Assembly (NCBI GenBank): GCA_036676985.1
Contig: JAKFBU010000038.1
Coordinates: 160,001 to 224,000 of the forward strand
Direction: 5' to 3'
Source: Candidatus Sericytochromatia bacterium
GTDB taxonomy: Bacteria > Cyanobacteriota > Sericytochromatia > S15B-MN24 > UBA4093
DNA: 64,000 bases
Shown: positions 37,244 to 47,410 of the stretch, piece by piece
How positions within the stretch are numbered: position 1 is the first letter of the stretch
How the letters are laid out: each line of letters starts with the position of its first letter
The notes under the pieces: model-generated
Told to the model about the DNA's origin: nothing
The model's database searches: none
Seen by the model: only the letters and a program-made list of their open reading frames with translations
Translations under genes and position numbers: made by a program

Positions 37244-37831
37244 ATGGCCGATCAACCGAAGCGCCCACCGGAAAGCTCGCGCGACTTTCTGTCCTGGGGC
37301 AAGGAGTTTCTCAAGGACGCGCTCTCCAAGACCCCCCCCGCCGAGCAGCGCCGCACGCGTCCGCTGGGCGCCGACAGCCTGGGGCGACGCCAGACGACCT
37401 TCCTCAATGAGGACGCGGTCGCCATGGCGGCCATGCCGCGGGCGTCGGTCTCGGACCTCGCGCGCCTCAACATCATCTTCACGGACAACGCCCATCGGCC
37501 CCTGTTCGAGAGCCTGGGCCGGACGGATGCGCCGTTTTCCGCCGAGACCGAGCGCATGGTGATGGACCGCTGTCTGCTCGCGGTGCGGGAGGTCAAGGAT
37601 CGCGTGGCCGCCGTCGAGGACCTGGTGCCCCGCGGCCGCTACGCGGGATTGCCCCTGGCCCAGGTGATCGAGACCCTTTCGACGCGTGATCTGCGGCTCT
37701 TCTTCTACTTCGTGCGCGAGAACCCGCGGGCCTTCATCGGCAAGCCGCTGCGCCTCGCGGAGGCCTTCGTGGCGTGGCTCGTGGATCACGGCGACGCGGA
37801 GGCCCGTCCCGACCCGCTACCGCCCGCGTAA
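37244..37831 (+). CDS. Hypothetical protein
   Basis: ATG after GAGGG; GC3-rich codon usage; no family recognised. Confidence 0.65.
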   Translation: MADQPKRPPESSRDFLSWGKEFLKDALSKTPPAEQRRTRPLGADSLGRRQTTFLNEDAVAMAAMPRASVSDLARLNIIFTDNAHRPLFESLGRTDAPFSAETERMVMDRCLLAVREVKDRVAAVEDLVPRGRYAGLPLAQVIETLSTRDLRLFFYFVRENPRAFIGKPLRLAEAFVAWLVDHGDAEARPDPLPPA

Positions 37832-38013
37832 ACCCACCGGTGCCAACGGACGCCGATCCTTGTTGGCCATGGTGACGAAGCCCCCTGGCACCTGCGGAGG
37901 GATCATGAGGTCACGGACGGCGGCCATTGGGCCCCCGCTTCGAGGTCGTGATGGTCTGACCTTACCGGTCACTGACGCTCCGCGACGAGCCTCTCACACC
38001 GGATAGCGACCGG

Positions 38014-38053
38014 CCCTGCTGCTCCCCGAGAGGTTGAGCGGCAGGGTTTTTTT
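38014..38053 (+). terminator. Intrinsic terminator
   Basis: CCCTGCTGCTC...GAGCGGCAGGG stem (one G-U pair) followed by 7 T. Confidence 0.75.
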
Positions 38054-38281
38054 CGTGCCGGCGTCCGATGGAACCTTTCGGGCCCCGGCTCGTCCATGCC
38101 ATGGGCGGAGGCCGGGGATGCCCCGTGGTATACTGCTCAGGTGTTTTGCCCGGAGGAGCCCGCGCGGCGTTGATACGAGCCCTGTGGGCACCGTTCAATG
38201 CCAGGCTTTGTCCCGGTTTGGTCGCCCGCGGCGGCTGGATGGAACAGGTTTGATCGGCGCGCGCCCATGGTTGTCAGCGGC

Positions 38282-38848
38282 ATGAAGAAGCTCCTCGTGG
38301 CGGTGAGTGTCCTCCTTATCGGCGTCGTCGCCTGGTGGGGAGCGGGCCTCGTCGCTCGGTGGACCCAGCCCCGCGCCCAGGCCTCGCCTCCGCCGCCGGC
38401 CATCGAGTTTCGCGGCGTCGACCTGGTCGAGTTCACCGAGGGCACCAAGCTCTGGGATCTGCGAGCCGAGCGGGTGCACTACGATCCGGACAGCCAGGTC
38501 GCCAACCTGGACGGGATCACGGCGCGCTTCTGGAAGGGGGGACGCCTCGTCTCGACTGCCGTGTCGCCGACGGCCGTCCTGGATTCGCGGACGCGCGACC
38601 TCCGGATGAAGGGCGGCATTCGCGTGGACTCGGCCATCGCCAACACCCAGGTGCGGGCCGACGAGGTCGTGTGGCAGGCGGCGTCCCAGTCGCTTCAGGC
38701 GAGCGGGGACGTGACCTTCCAGCGCGGGCCGAGCATGCTCACGGGGCCGGAGCTGCGGGCCGACCGCAGCCTGATGAAGGTGCAGATGGGCTCGCCGGTG
38801 CGGGCACGGATAGCGTTGGAGCCGATCATGGGAGCGGTGAAGCGATGA
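38282..38848 (+). CDS. lptC: LPS export protein LptC-like
   Basis: One N-terminal TM, WDLRAERVHY and jellyroll-type strands; first gene before lptA/B/F. Confidence 0.75.
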   Translation: MKKLLVAVSVLLIGVVAWWGAGLVARWTQPRAQASPPPPAIEFRGVDLVEFTEGTKLWDLRAERVHYDPDSQVANLDGITARFWKGGRLVSTAVSPTAVLDSRTRDLRMKGGIRVDSAIANTQVRADEVVWQAASQSLQASGDVTFQRGPSMLTGPELRADRSLMKVQMGSPVRARIALEPIMGAVKR

Positions 38849-39315
38849 AGATGGTACTCGGGTCGTTGCTGGTGGTGGGCCTCGCGCTCGGCCTGACGGT
38901 CGCCCCCGCGGCGTCGGCCCCCAAACCCGCCGCCAAGGCCACCCCGGCCCCCAAGGCGCGCCCGCCGCAGCCCCTGCCCGCGGCCGTGTCCCTGGACCAG
39001 ATGGACATCACGGCCCGCCAGTCGGAGTACGACGGCCAGGCGCACACCTACGCCATGGAGGGCGACGTCCGCATCGCGCTGCGCGACATGATCGTCACCT
39101 GCCGCGCGGCCACCGTCTACGCCACCCCCAAGGAGGACCGCGTGGAGCGGATCGTCTTCACGGGGCAGGTGGAGGCCAAGCGCGGCAACAGCCTCTTTCG
39201 GGGCGAGAAGGTGACGTACTTCGTCTCCGACCGGCGCCTGCTCGCCGAAGGCGGCACCCACACCCGCCTGTTGGTTCCGGCCACCGGCTCGGCAACCCCC
39301 GCCGGAATCCGGTAG
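38845..39315 (+). CDS. lptA: LptA/OstA-family periplasmic protein
   Basis: ATGA overlap with lptC; signal peptide; ITARQSEYD, GDVRI, GEKVTY. Confidence 0.75.
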   Translation: MKMVLGSLLVVGLALGLTVAPAASAPKPAAKATPAPKARPPQPLPAAVSLDQMDITARQSEYDGQAHTYAMEGDVRIALRDMIVTCRAATVYATPKEDRVERIVFTGQVEAKRGNSLFRGEKVTYFVSDRRLLAEGGTHTRLLVPATGSATPAGIR

Positions 39316-39357
39316 AATCCTCTTGGCCCGCCGGCCGATCGAGATGGAGCGCCCCGC

Positions 39358-40074
39358 GTGATCGAGACCCAGAACCTCATCAAGTCCTACCGCCAGCGAC
39401 GCGTCGTCAACGACGTGTCCATCAACGTCAACCGTGGCGAGGTCGTCGGCCTCCTGGGCCCCAACGGCGCCGGCAAGACGACGACCTTCTACATGGTCAC
39501 GGGCCTGGTCCGCCCCAACGAGGGCGACATCCGCCTCGACGGCGAGAGCGTCGCGGCCCTGCCCATGCACATGCGGGCCCGCAAGGGCATCGGCTACCTG
39601 GCGCAGGAGCCCTCCGTGTTCCGGAAGCTCTCGGTCGAAGAAAACCTCTTGGCGGTCTGGGAGCTGCTGGGCCTCAAGCGCGCCGAGCAGAAGGAGCGCC
39701 TCGAGGAGCTCCTGGACGAGTTCCACATCCAGAAGATCCGCAAGTCCAAGGGCTACCAGCTCTCGGGCGGCGAGCGCCGGCGCGTCGAGATCGCCCGCGC
39801 CATGGCCACCAACCCGAGCTTCCTCTTGCTGGACGAGCCCTTCAGCGGCATCGACCCGTTGGCCATCTCGGACATCCAGAAGATGATCCGGCAGCTCAAG
39901 AGCCGCAACCTGGGCATCCTCATCACGGACCACAACGTCCGAGACACCCTCGCCATCACGGACCGCGCCTACATCCTCGCCGAGGGCAGGATCGTGGTCC
40001 AGGGGACGCCCGACTTCATCGCCAACAACGAGCTCGCCCGCAAGTTCTACCTGGGAGAAGAGTTCAGTCTGTGA
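39358..40074 (+). CDS. lptB: LPS export ABC transporter ATPase
   Basis: GPNGAGKTTTFYM, GIGYLAQEPSVFRKL, LSGGERRRVEIAR, LDEPFSGIDP, ITDHNVR. Confidence 0.95.
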   Translation: MIETQNLIKSYRQRRVVNDVSINVNRGEVVGLLGPNGAGKTTTFYMVTGLVRPNEGDIRLDGESVAALPMHMRARKGIGYLAQEPSVFRKLSVEENLLAVWELLGLKRAEQKERLEELLDEFHIQKIRKSKGYQLSGGERRRVEIARAMATNPSFLLLDEPFSGIDPLAISDIQKMIRQLKSRNLGILITDHNVRDTLAITDRAYILAEGRIVVQGTPDFIANNELARKFYLGEEFSL

Positions 40075-41189
40075 GCAGTTGGCGGTTTCCCGGACTCTCC
40101 ATCGTCGATCGCTACTTGATCGGCGAGCTGTTGGGCCCCTTCCTCTTCGGGGTCGCGGCCTTCACGGCCATCATGACGGCCACCTCGGTCCTCTTCGAGC
40201 TCATCACGCTCATGGTCCGCTTCGGGCTGCCCGTGGCGGCGGTCCTCCAGGTGCTGGCGTTGCGCCTGCCCGAGATGGCCTTCTACACCTTCCCCATGTC
40301 GATGCTGCTCGCGAGCCTCTTGGCCTTCGGCCGGCTCTCGGGGGACAGCGAGATCACGGCCCTCAAGGCGTGCGGCGTCTCCCTGTTCCGGATCATGGCC
40401 CCGGTGGCCATCGTGAGCCTGCTCGTCAGCGGGGCGACCGTCGCCCTCAACGAGTACGTGGTGCCCAGCGCCGAGTGGGCCGCCAAGAACATCCTCTACG
40501 AGGCCCAGCACCAGAAGAAGCTGCCCACCGCCCGCGACAACGTCTTCTACCAGGAGCTCGAGGCGGGCCGCCTCAAGCGCGTCTTCTACGCGCGCACCTT
40601 CGACGGCGAGCAGATGCGCAACGTGCTGGTGCAGGAGTTCGAGGGCGATCGCCTCGACCGGATCATCCACGCCGACCGCGCGCGCTGGGAGTCGGGGGCC
40701 TGGACCTTCCTGGACGGCACCCTCTACCAGATGGCCGACAACGGCGAGTACCGGATCTTCGTGCGCTTCAAGGAGCAGCGCGTCCAGCTGCGCGAGGCCC
40801 TCTTGGACCTGTCGAGCGAGCGGCGCACGCCGACCGAGATGAACATCCGCGAGCTGAGGGGCCACATCCAGCGCCTGGAGGAGAGCGGACAGCAAGGTAG
40901 CGGGCTGAATGAGTTGCGAGTACAATTGCATCAGAAGCTGTCCGTACCGTTTGCAAGTATGGTGTTCATGCTGGTCGGGGCCCCCTTGGGGCTGCGGCCC
41001 AATCGCAGTTCCTCGGGCATCGGCCTGGGGCTGAGCATCCTCATCATCTTCGTCTACTACCTGGCCATGTTCACGTTCATGGCCCTCGGACAGACCGGGG
41101 TCCTGCCGCCCGTGGTGGCGGCATGGATGCCCAACCTACTCGGAGCCGCCGTCGGGATCGGGCTGATCGCCCGGGCCGCGCAGAAGTAA
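40071..41189 (+). CDS. LptF/LptG-family permease
   Basis: [34 protein letters not shown]. Confidence 0.9.
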   Translation: MSSWRFPGLSIVDRYLIGELLGPFLFGVAAFTAIMTATSVLFELITLMVRFGLPVAAVLQVLALRLPEMAFYTFPMSMLLASLLAFGRLSGDSEITALKACGVSLFRIMAPVAIVSLLVSGATVALNEYVVPSAEWAAKNILYEAQHQKKLPTARDNVFYQELEAGRLKRVFYARTFDGEQMRNVLVQEFEGDRLDRIIHADRARWESGAWTFLDGTLYQMADNGEYRIFVRFKEQRVQLREALLDLSSERRTPTEMNIRELRGHIQRLEESGQQGSGLNELRVQLHQKLSVPFASMVFMLVGAPLGLRPNRSSSGIGLGLSILIIFVYYLAMFTFMALGQTGVLPPVVAAWMPNLLGAAVGIGLIARAAQK

Positions 41190-41227
41190 GCCCCACGGGG
41201 CGAGAAAAAAGGAGCCTGACCTTGACC

Positions 41228-42535
<1,308 letters not shown>

Positions 42536-42548
42536 GCCACAAGCCACT

Positions 42549-42585
42549 CGAGCCCGTCGGCATGCGCCGGCGGGCTCGTTGCTTT
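42549..42585 (+). terminator. Intrinsic terminator after ahcY
   Basis: CGAGCCCGTCGGC...GCCGGCGGGCTCG followed by TTGCTTT. Confidence 0.65.
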
Positions 42586-42683
42586 GGGACGAGTTGACTC
42601 GGTTAGGGCAAGGTTGTTGCCGAATTAGGGTACATAGTAAGTAGCAAACAAGCTGCCTATCGACTCAAAGGAGGGCACGACCC

Positions 42684-43832
42684 ATGGGCGGAGTTTCCAA
42701 CACGAACGCGGTGCGGCAGACGGCCGCCGTCAACACCCAACTCAAGCCCTTCAGCGAGGAGACCCGTCGCCTGCAGGCCGAGATCAACCAGGCCATCGAC
42801 GATGGCAAGCTGCCCGGCCCCAAGTTGAAGGAGGACGGCATCGAGGGTCCCAAGACCCGCGCCAAGCTCCAGGAGTTCCAGGCCCTCAAGCAGGCAGCTG
42901 CCGCGACTCCGACCGCATCCGCCGACCAGGTGGCGACCAAGGTTCCGACCGTCGGCGAGTACGTCGAGGGCCAGATCAAGGAGTTCGGCAACGAACTCAA
43001 GGAAGACGCGCAGCTCTCGGCCATCATGCTCGCGCCGGGCCTCAACGTGGTGGCGGGCGTCATCATGACCCGGCACATGAACGAGGCCCGCGAGCAGATC
43101 GCCAAGCTGCCCATGGATCCCGAGGGCAAGTGGAAGCAGGAAGCGGCCAAGATCCTCGACAAGGAGCGCCATGAGGCCCGCGAGGAGATCCTGGCCCTGC
43201 CCGGCAAGGCCGCCCAGGGCGTGGTGGACGGCGTGAACACCGCGGTCGAGACCGTGGACCATGCGGTCGATAAGGCCGTCGAGACCGTCGACAAGACCAT
43301 CGATCAGGGTATCGAGGCTGCCAAGGGCGCCTGGGACGGTGTCTCGGGCAAGGCCGGCGAGGCCTGGGCCTACGCCAAGGAGGCCGTGCCCCGCGCCTTC
43401 CGCGAGATCGCGGCCGACGCGCAGGTGGCGGCGGTCATGGTGAACCCGCTCTTCGCCGCGCCCAGCGCCATCATCCTCCAGAACCACATGGCCAAGGCCT
43501 ACGACCGCATCATGAAGCTGCCGATGGACCCGGACGGCAAGTGGAAGCAGGAAGCGGTCAAGATCCGGAACGAGGAGATGGCGGCGGCCAAGAAGGAAAT
43601 CGTCGGGCTGCCGGGTCGGGCCCTCGACACGGTGGTCGACACGGCCACGGGGATTTACGAGGGCGCCAAGAGCGGCGTCATCTCGGCGGGCAACTGGATC
43701 GCCAAGGAGGTCAACGAGGAGATCCAGGAGACCAAGCAGGAGATCAAGGAGGCCCGCAAGGGAATCGGCGGCTTCTTCGGCGCGATCGCGAGCGGCATCT
43801 CGCGCTTCGGCAAGTGGATCGCGGGCGAGTAA
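42684..43832 (+). CDS. Hypothetical helical protein with an internal ~75-aa duplication
   Basis: KLPMDP[ED]GKWKQEA occurs twice; N-terminal DGIEGPKT resembles a PG-binding motif; AAGGAGG RBS. Confidence 0.75.
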   Translation: MGGVSNTNAVRQTAAVNTQLKPFSEETRRLQAEINQAIDDGKLPGPKLKEDGIEGPKTRAKLQEFQALKQAAAATPTASADQVATKVPTVGEYVEGQIKEFGNELKEDAQLSAIMLAPGLNVVAGVIMTRHMNEAREQIAKLPMDPEGKWKQEAAKILDKERHEAREEILALPGKAAQGVVDGVNTAVETVDHAVDKAVETVDKTIDQGIEAAKGAWDGVSGKAGEAWAYAKEAVPRAFREIAADAQVAAVMVNPLFAAPSAIILQNHMAKAYDRIMKLPMDPDGKWKQEAVKIRNEEMAAAKKEIVGLPGRALDTVVDTATGIYEGAKSGVISAGNWIAKEVNEEIQETKQEIKEARKGIGGFFGAIASGISRFGKWIAGE

Positions 43833-43839
43833 GCTCACT

Positions 43840-43886
43840 CGCATGACAAAAGGGCCCGGCCAGTCGGCCGGGCCCTTTGTCATGCG
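43840..43886. terminator. Long hairpin between convergent genes
   Basis: CGCATGACAAAAGGGCCCGGC...GCCGGGCCCTTTGTCATGCG. Confidence 0.7.
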
Positions 43887-43915
43887 GGTGGTCGGCCCGT
43901 TTGAATGGCCAACGC

Positions 43916-43996
43916 CCGTCAACCCGGCGAAAGCCGGGATCCAGGATCGGCTTCACGGGCGCAAGCCCTGGACCCCGGCTTTCGCCGGGGTGACGG
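43916..43996. repeat. REP-like nested palindrome
   Basis: CCGTCAACCCGGCGAAAGCCGGGATCCAGG ... CCTGGACCCCGGCTTTCGCCGGGGTGACGG. Confidence 0.65.
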
Positions 43997-44033
43997 TTAC
44001 AGCTGCCCGGTTTCCGTCATGATTCGGGAGAGG

Positions 44034-45098
44034 CTAGGGCAGAAGGTCCCTCGGGATGCTCGTCTGCTCCTTGATCCGCGGGTTGTGGATCCCTGGCAGC
44101 TTACCCAGCTCCTTGAGGTTGTCCTTGCCCGTGAGGGCTTCCAGGAACGCGATCAGGTCCTCTTGCTCTTCCGGCATGAGGTGGATGGGCTTGAGCTTCT
44201 GGTCGAGATGGTCGTTCTCGTTGCCGCCGCGGTTGTAGAAGTCCACCACGTCCTGCAGGGTCGCAAGCGAGCCGTCATGCATGTAGGGCCCGGTCTTGGC
44301 GACGTTCCGGAGGGTCGGGGTCTTGAAGCGGCCCGTGTCCGCCGGATCCTTGGTCACGGCGAACCGACCGAGGTCCGGCGCCGGCCCATCGAAGCCCACC
44401 CCCAGGTTGTGGAACGCTCCGTCCGTGAGGTTCGGGCCCGTGTGACACTCGGTGCACCGGCCGCGGTCCTTGAAGACCTGCTCCCCGCGGATCTGCTGGG
44501 CCGTGAGGGCCCCCTGGTCGCCCGCCAGGTAGCGGTCGTAGGGGGAGGGCCCCACCGTGAGCGCTCGTTCGAAAGTCGCGATCGCCTTGGCGATCCCATC
44601 TGCCGTCACGCCCGTTCCGAACGCCTCGCGGAACTTCTGCGGGTAGTAGGGATGGGCCTCCAGCTTGCGGACGACCTCGGGCAAGGTCGTCCCCATCTCG
44701 ATGGGGTTCTCGATAGGCCCGAGCGCCTGCTCCTCGAGCGTCTTGGCGCGACCGTCCCAGAACTGGTGCGAGCTGTACGCCGCGGCGTAGATGGTGGGGA
44801 CGTTGCGGTTGCCGCGCGTGCCCGTGACGCCCGCGGCGTTGGGCTCGTCGTTGGAGAAGCCCTTCATGTGGTGGTGGCAGGTGCCGCAGGTCATGCGGTT
44901 GTTGGCCGAGAGCCGGGGCTCGAACCAGAGGCGGAAGCCGAGCTCCACCTTGGCCTGGGTCATGGGGTTGTCGGCGGGGACGGGGACTCCGGCCGTGCGC
45001 ACGGCGACGTTGGTCCGGGTGGTAGGCAGGGTGCCAGGCCGCTGGCAGCCCGCCAGCATGACGAGCCCCAAGCCGAGAATCGCTACCCGCTGCCACAT
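44034..45098 (-). CDS. Di-heme cytochrome c peroxidase/MauG-family lipoprotein
   Basis: Lipobox MLAGC; CGTCH and CTECH; QFWDGRA, PIENPIEM, FKTPTLRN, PYMHDG. Confidence 0.9.
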   Translation of the reverse strand: MWQRVAILGLGLVMLAGCQRPGTLPTTRTNVAVRTAGVPVPADNPMTQAKVELGFRLWFEPRLSANNRMTCGTCHHHMKGFSNDEPNAAGVTGTRGNRNVPTIYAAAYSSHQFWDGRAKTLEEQALGPIENPIEMGTTLPEVVRKLEAHPYYPQKFREAFGTGVTADGIAKAIATFERALTVGPSPYDRYLAGDQGALTAQQIRGEQVFKDRGRCTECHTGPNLTDGAFHNLGVGFDGPAPDLGRFAVTKDPADTGRFKTPTLRNVAKTGPYMHDGSLATLQDVVDFYNRGGNENDHLDQKLKPIHLMPEEQEDLIAFLEALTGKDNLKELGKLPGIHNPRIKEQTSIPRDLLP

Positions 45099-45116
45099 GT
45101 GCCGGCTGTCCTCCCC

Positions 45117-45150
45117 AAAAAATCGCAGGCCGCCCAGCCGGGCGGCCTGC
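45117..45150 (-). terminator. Intrinsic terminator after glnA
   Basis: GCAGGCCGCCC/GGGCGGCCTGC hairpin followed by a T-tract on the minus strand. Confidence 0.65.
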
Positions 45151-45184
45151 AATTATTATAGCCAGTTTAAGACGAGGACTTGTC

Positions 45185-46549
45185 CTAGTAGAGCTCCAGG
45201 TAGCGCTCGACTTCCCAGTTGGAGACGTGGATACGGTACTCGTCCCACTCCTGGGTCTTGGTGGCGAGGAAGCGCTCGTAGATGTGCTCGCCGAGGGCGG
45301 CCTGGACCACTTTGTCCTTCTTGAGGGCTTCGAGGGCGTCGCCCAGGCTCGCGGGCAGCGAGCCGATGTTGCGGCTGGTCCGCTCCTCGGGCCCCATGTG
45401 GTAGAGGTCCTCCTCGATGGGGGCGCGCAGCTCGAGCTTGCGCTCGATGCCGTCGAGACCCGCCGCGAGCATGACGGCGAAGGCGAGGTAGGGGTTGCAG
45501 CTCGGATCCGGGCAACGCAGCTCGACGCGGGTGGCCTTGGGCACGCGCGGGTTGATGCGGGGGATGCGGATGAGGGCCGAGCGGTTGTTGCGGGCCCACG
45601 AGAGGTAGACGGGAGCCTCGTAACCCGGCACCAGGCGCTTGTACGAGTTGACGGTGGGGGCGAGGATCGCGATCATGCCGGGGGCATGCTCCAGGACGCC
45701 CGCGATGAAGTGACGGGCCAGCTGCGAGAGGCCGTAGTCGTCCGAGGCGTCGTAGAAGGCGTTCTCGCCGTCCTTGAACAGGCTCATGTGGGTGTGCATG
45801 CCGCTGCCATTGGTGCCGAAGATGGGCTTGGGCATGAAGGTGCAGTGCAGGCCGTGGCGCTGGGCGATCGCCTTCAGCGTGTAGCGGAAGGTGACGGCGC
45901 TGTCCGCGGTCGTGACGGCGTCGGCGTACTTGAAGTCGATCTCGTGCTGGCCGACGGCGACCTCGTGGTGCGAGGTCTCGACCTCGATGCCCATCTCCTC
46001 GAGGGCGTTGACCATGTCGGCGCGGACGTCCATGGCGAGGTCCGTCGAGAGGTCGAAGTAGCCGCCCATGTCGTTGGGCAGGGTCTCGACCTTGCCGGGC
46101 TCGGCGCTCTTGAAGAGGAAGAACTCGAGCTCGGGGCCGGTGTTGAACTCGTAGCCGAGGCTGCGGGCCTTGGCCACCGCGCGCTGCAGGGCGCCGCGGG
46201 GATCGCCGACAAAGGGCGTGCCGTCCGGCAGGAAGACGTTGCAGATGACGCGGGCGTGCTTCTTGTCGAGCGACTGATCCCAGGGGATCACCTTGAAGGT
46301 GTTGAGGTCCGGCAAGAGGAACATGTCGGACTCGGCGATGCGCAGGTAGCCCTCGATGGACGAGCCGTCGAACCACTTGCCGTGCTTGATGGCGTCCTCG
46401 AACTGGGTGGTGGGGATGGTCACGCTCTTGACGATGCCGAGGATGTCGCAGAATTGCAGGTTGATGAACTTGACGTTATCGCGCTCGCACCGGGACAGGA
46501 CCTCGGTGATGGCGGCGGTCTGGGCTTCGTGGCTCAGCATGGTGCTCAT
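45185..46549 (-). CDS. glnA: Glutamine synthetase type I
   Basis: FDGSSIEG, GPELEFFLF, HHEVAVGQHEI, FMPKP, NGSGMH, NSYKRLVPGYEAP, ELRCPDP. Confidence 0.96.
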   Translation of the reverse strand: MSTMLSHEAQTAAITEVLSRCERDNVKFINLQFCDILGIVKSVTIPTTQFEDAIKHGKWFDGSSIEGYLRIAESDMFLLPDLNTFKVIPWDQSLDKKHARVICNVFLPDGTPFVGDPRGALQRAVAKARSLGYEFNTGPELEFFLFKSAEPGKVETLPNDMGGYFDLSTDLAMDVRADMVNALEEMGIEVETSHHEVAVGQHEIDFKYADAVTTADSAVTFRYTLKAIAQRHGLHCTFMPKPIFGTNGSGMHTHMSLFKDGENAFYDASDDYGLSQLARHFIAGVLEHAPGMIAILAPTVNSYKRLVPGYEAPVYLSWARNNRSALIRIPRINPRVPKATRVELRCPDPSCNPYLAFAVMLAAGLDGIERKLELRAPIEEDLYHMGPEERTSRNIGSLPASLGDALEALKKDKVVQAALGEHIYERFLATKTQEWDEYRIHVSNWEVERYLELY

Positions 46550-46635
46550 GAGAATGAAAATCCTCCTCTAGGTGGGATCCAACATGAACAGGCTACCGCA
46601 AGATCGCTGAAGATGGGCTGAAGATCCCCAAAGCG

Positions 46636-46661
46636 AAGAGGCCGCCTTGCGGCGGCCTCTT
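46636..46661 (-). terminator. Hairpin after the EF-hand gene
   Basis: AAGAGGCCGCC-TTGC-GGCGGCCTCTT. Confidence 0.6.
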
Positions 46662-46666
46662 GGAGT

Positions 46667-47293
46667 CTAGTCGATGGAAGGAGGGGTCGGTCGACCGCCG
46701 GTCGAGGGCGGGGTCGGACGGCCACCCGTCGAGGGCGGGGTCGGACGATCGTAGCCACCGGCAGGGGGAGGCGTGGGGCGATCGTAGCCGCCGGCCGGAG
46801 GAGGCGTGGGACGATCGGATTCGCGGGGCTGCGGATCGTAGTAGGTGTAAGAGCTGCGGCCCGTCTCCTTGCGGCTGGTGCCTTCGAACTTGTTCTGGAG
46901 GTCGCCGGCGCCCGTCTTGAAGCGCTCGTTGCCGAACAGTCCCAGGAAGCCCTTGTCGATCTGGCCGTTGCCGTTCTTGTCGGCCTCGCGAAGAATGAGG
47001 TCGACCATCTCGTCGGCGTCCAGGCCATCGCCGTTCTTGTCCGCGAGCTTGGCTTCGGGCGTCTTCAGGGAGCGGAGCACGTCGTAGTTGACGGTGGTGA
47101 CGGTGACGAAGTCGCCCGTCAGCCAGTCACGCGAGCGGTAGACGTCGGTGTCCCGGTGGCTGAAGGTCGGGCCGCCCTCGCCGTTGTCGAGCTTGCCGTT
47201 GCGGTTGGCATCGAAGCGGGTGATGATCTCACTCGCCTTCTTCCGCAGCGCGTTGAGATCCTTTTCGGGCAGACCGGTCACCGAGTACGACAT
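46667..47293 (-). CDS. EF-hand-like protein with a Pro-rich repeat tail
   Basis: DANRNGKLD, DKNGDGLD, DKNGNGQID loops; five RPTPP units at the C-terminus; GGGAGG RBS. Confidence 0.72.
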   Translation of the reverse strand: MSYSVTGLPEKDLNALRKKASEIITRFDANRNGKLDNGEGGPTFSHRDTDVYRSRDWLTGDFVTVTTVNYDVLRSLKTPEAKLADKNGDGLDADEMVDLILREADKNGNGQIDKGFLGLFGNERFKTGAGDLQNKFEGTSRKETGRSSYTYYDPQPRESDRPTPPPAGGYDRPTPPPAGGYDRPTPPSTGGRPTPPSTGGRPTPPSID

Positions 47294-47410
47294 CTGAAAA
47301 CCTCCCCTTGCGAGTTGCGTTAGCCACGTCCTGTTGAAGATCTTATGGCGCGGGAAAGTTAAAAACTTGCTTAAAAAGAGATAAATAACGGCTTATTGAC
47401 TCGTCGCCGA

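Noticed and set aside
37962-38285. Short overlapping ORFs upstream of lptC
   Set aside because: Atypical codon usage, mutually overlapping, and spanning a terminator and a probable -10 element (TGGTATACT); none is supportable.
41190-41227. SAH/SAM riboswitch upstream of ahcY
   Set aside because: The intergenic gap is under 40 nt and shows no recognisable riboswitch motif.
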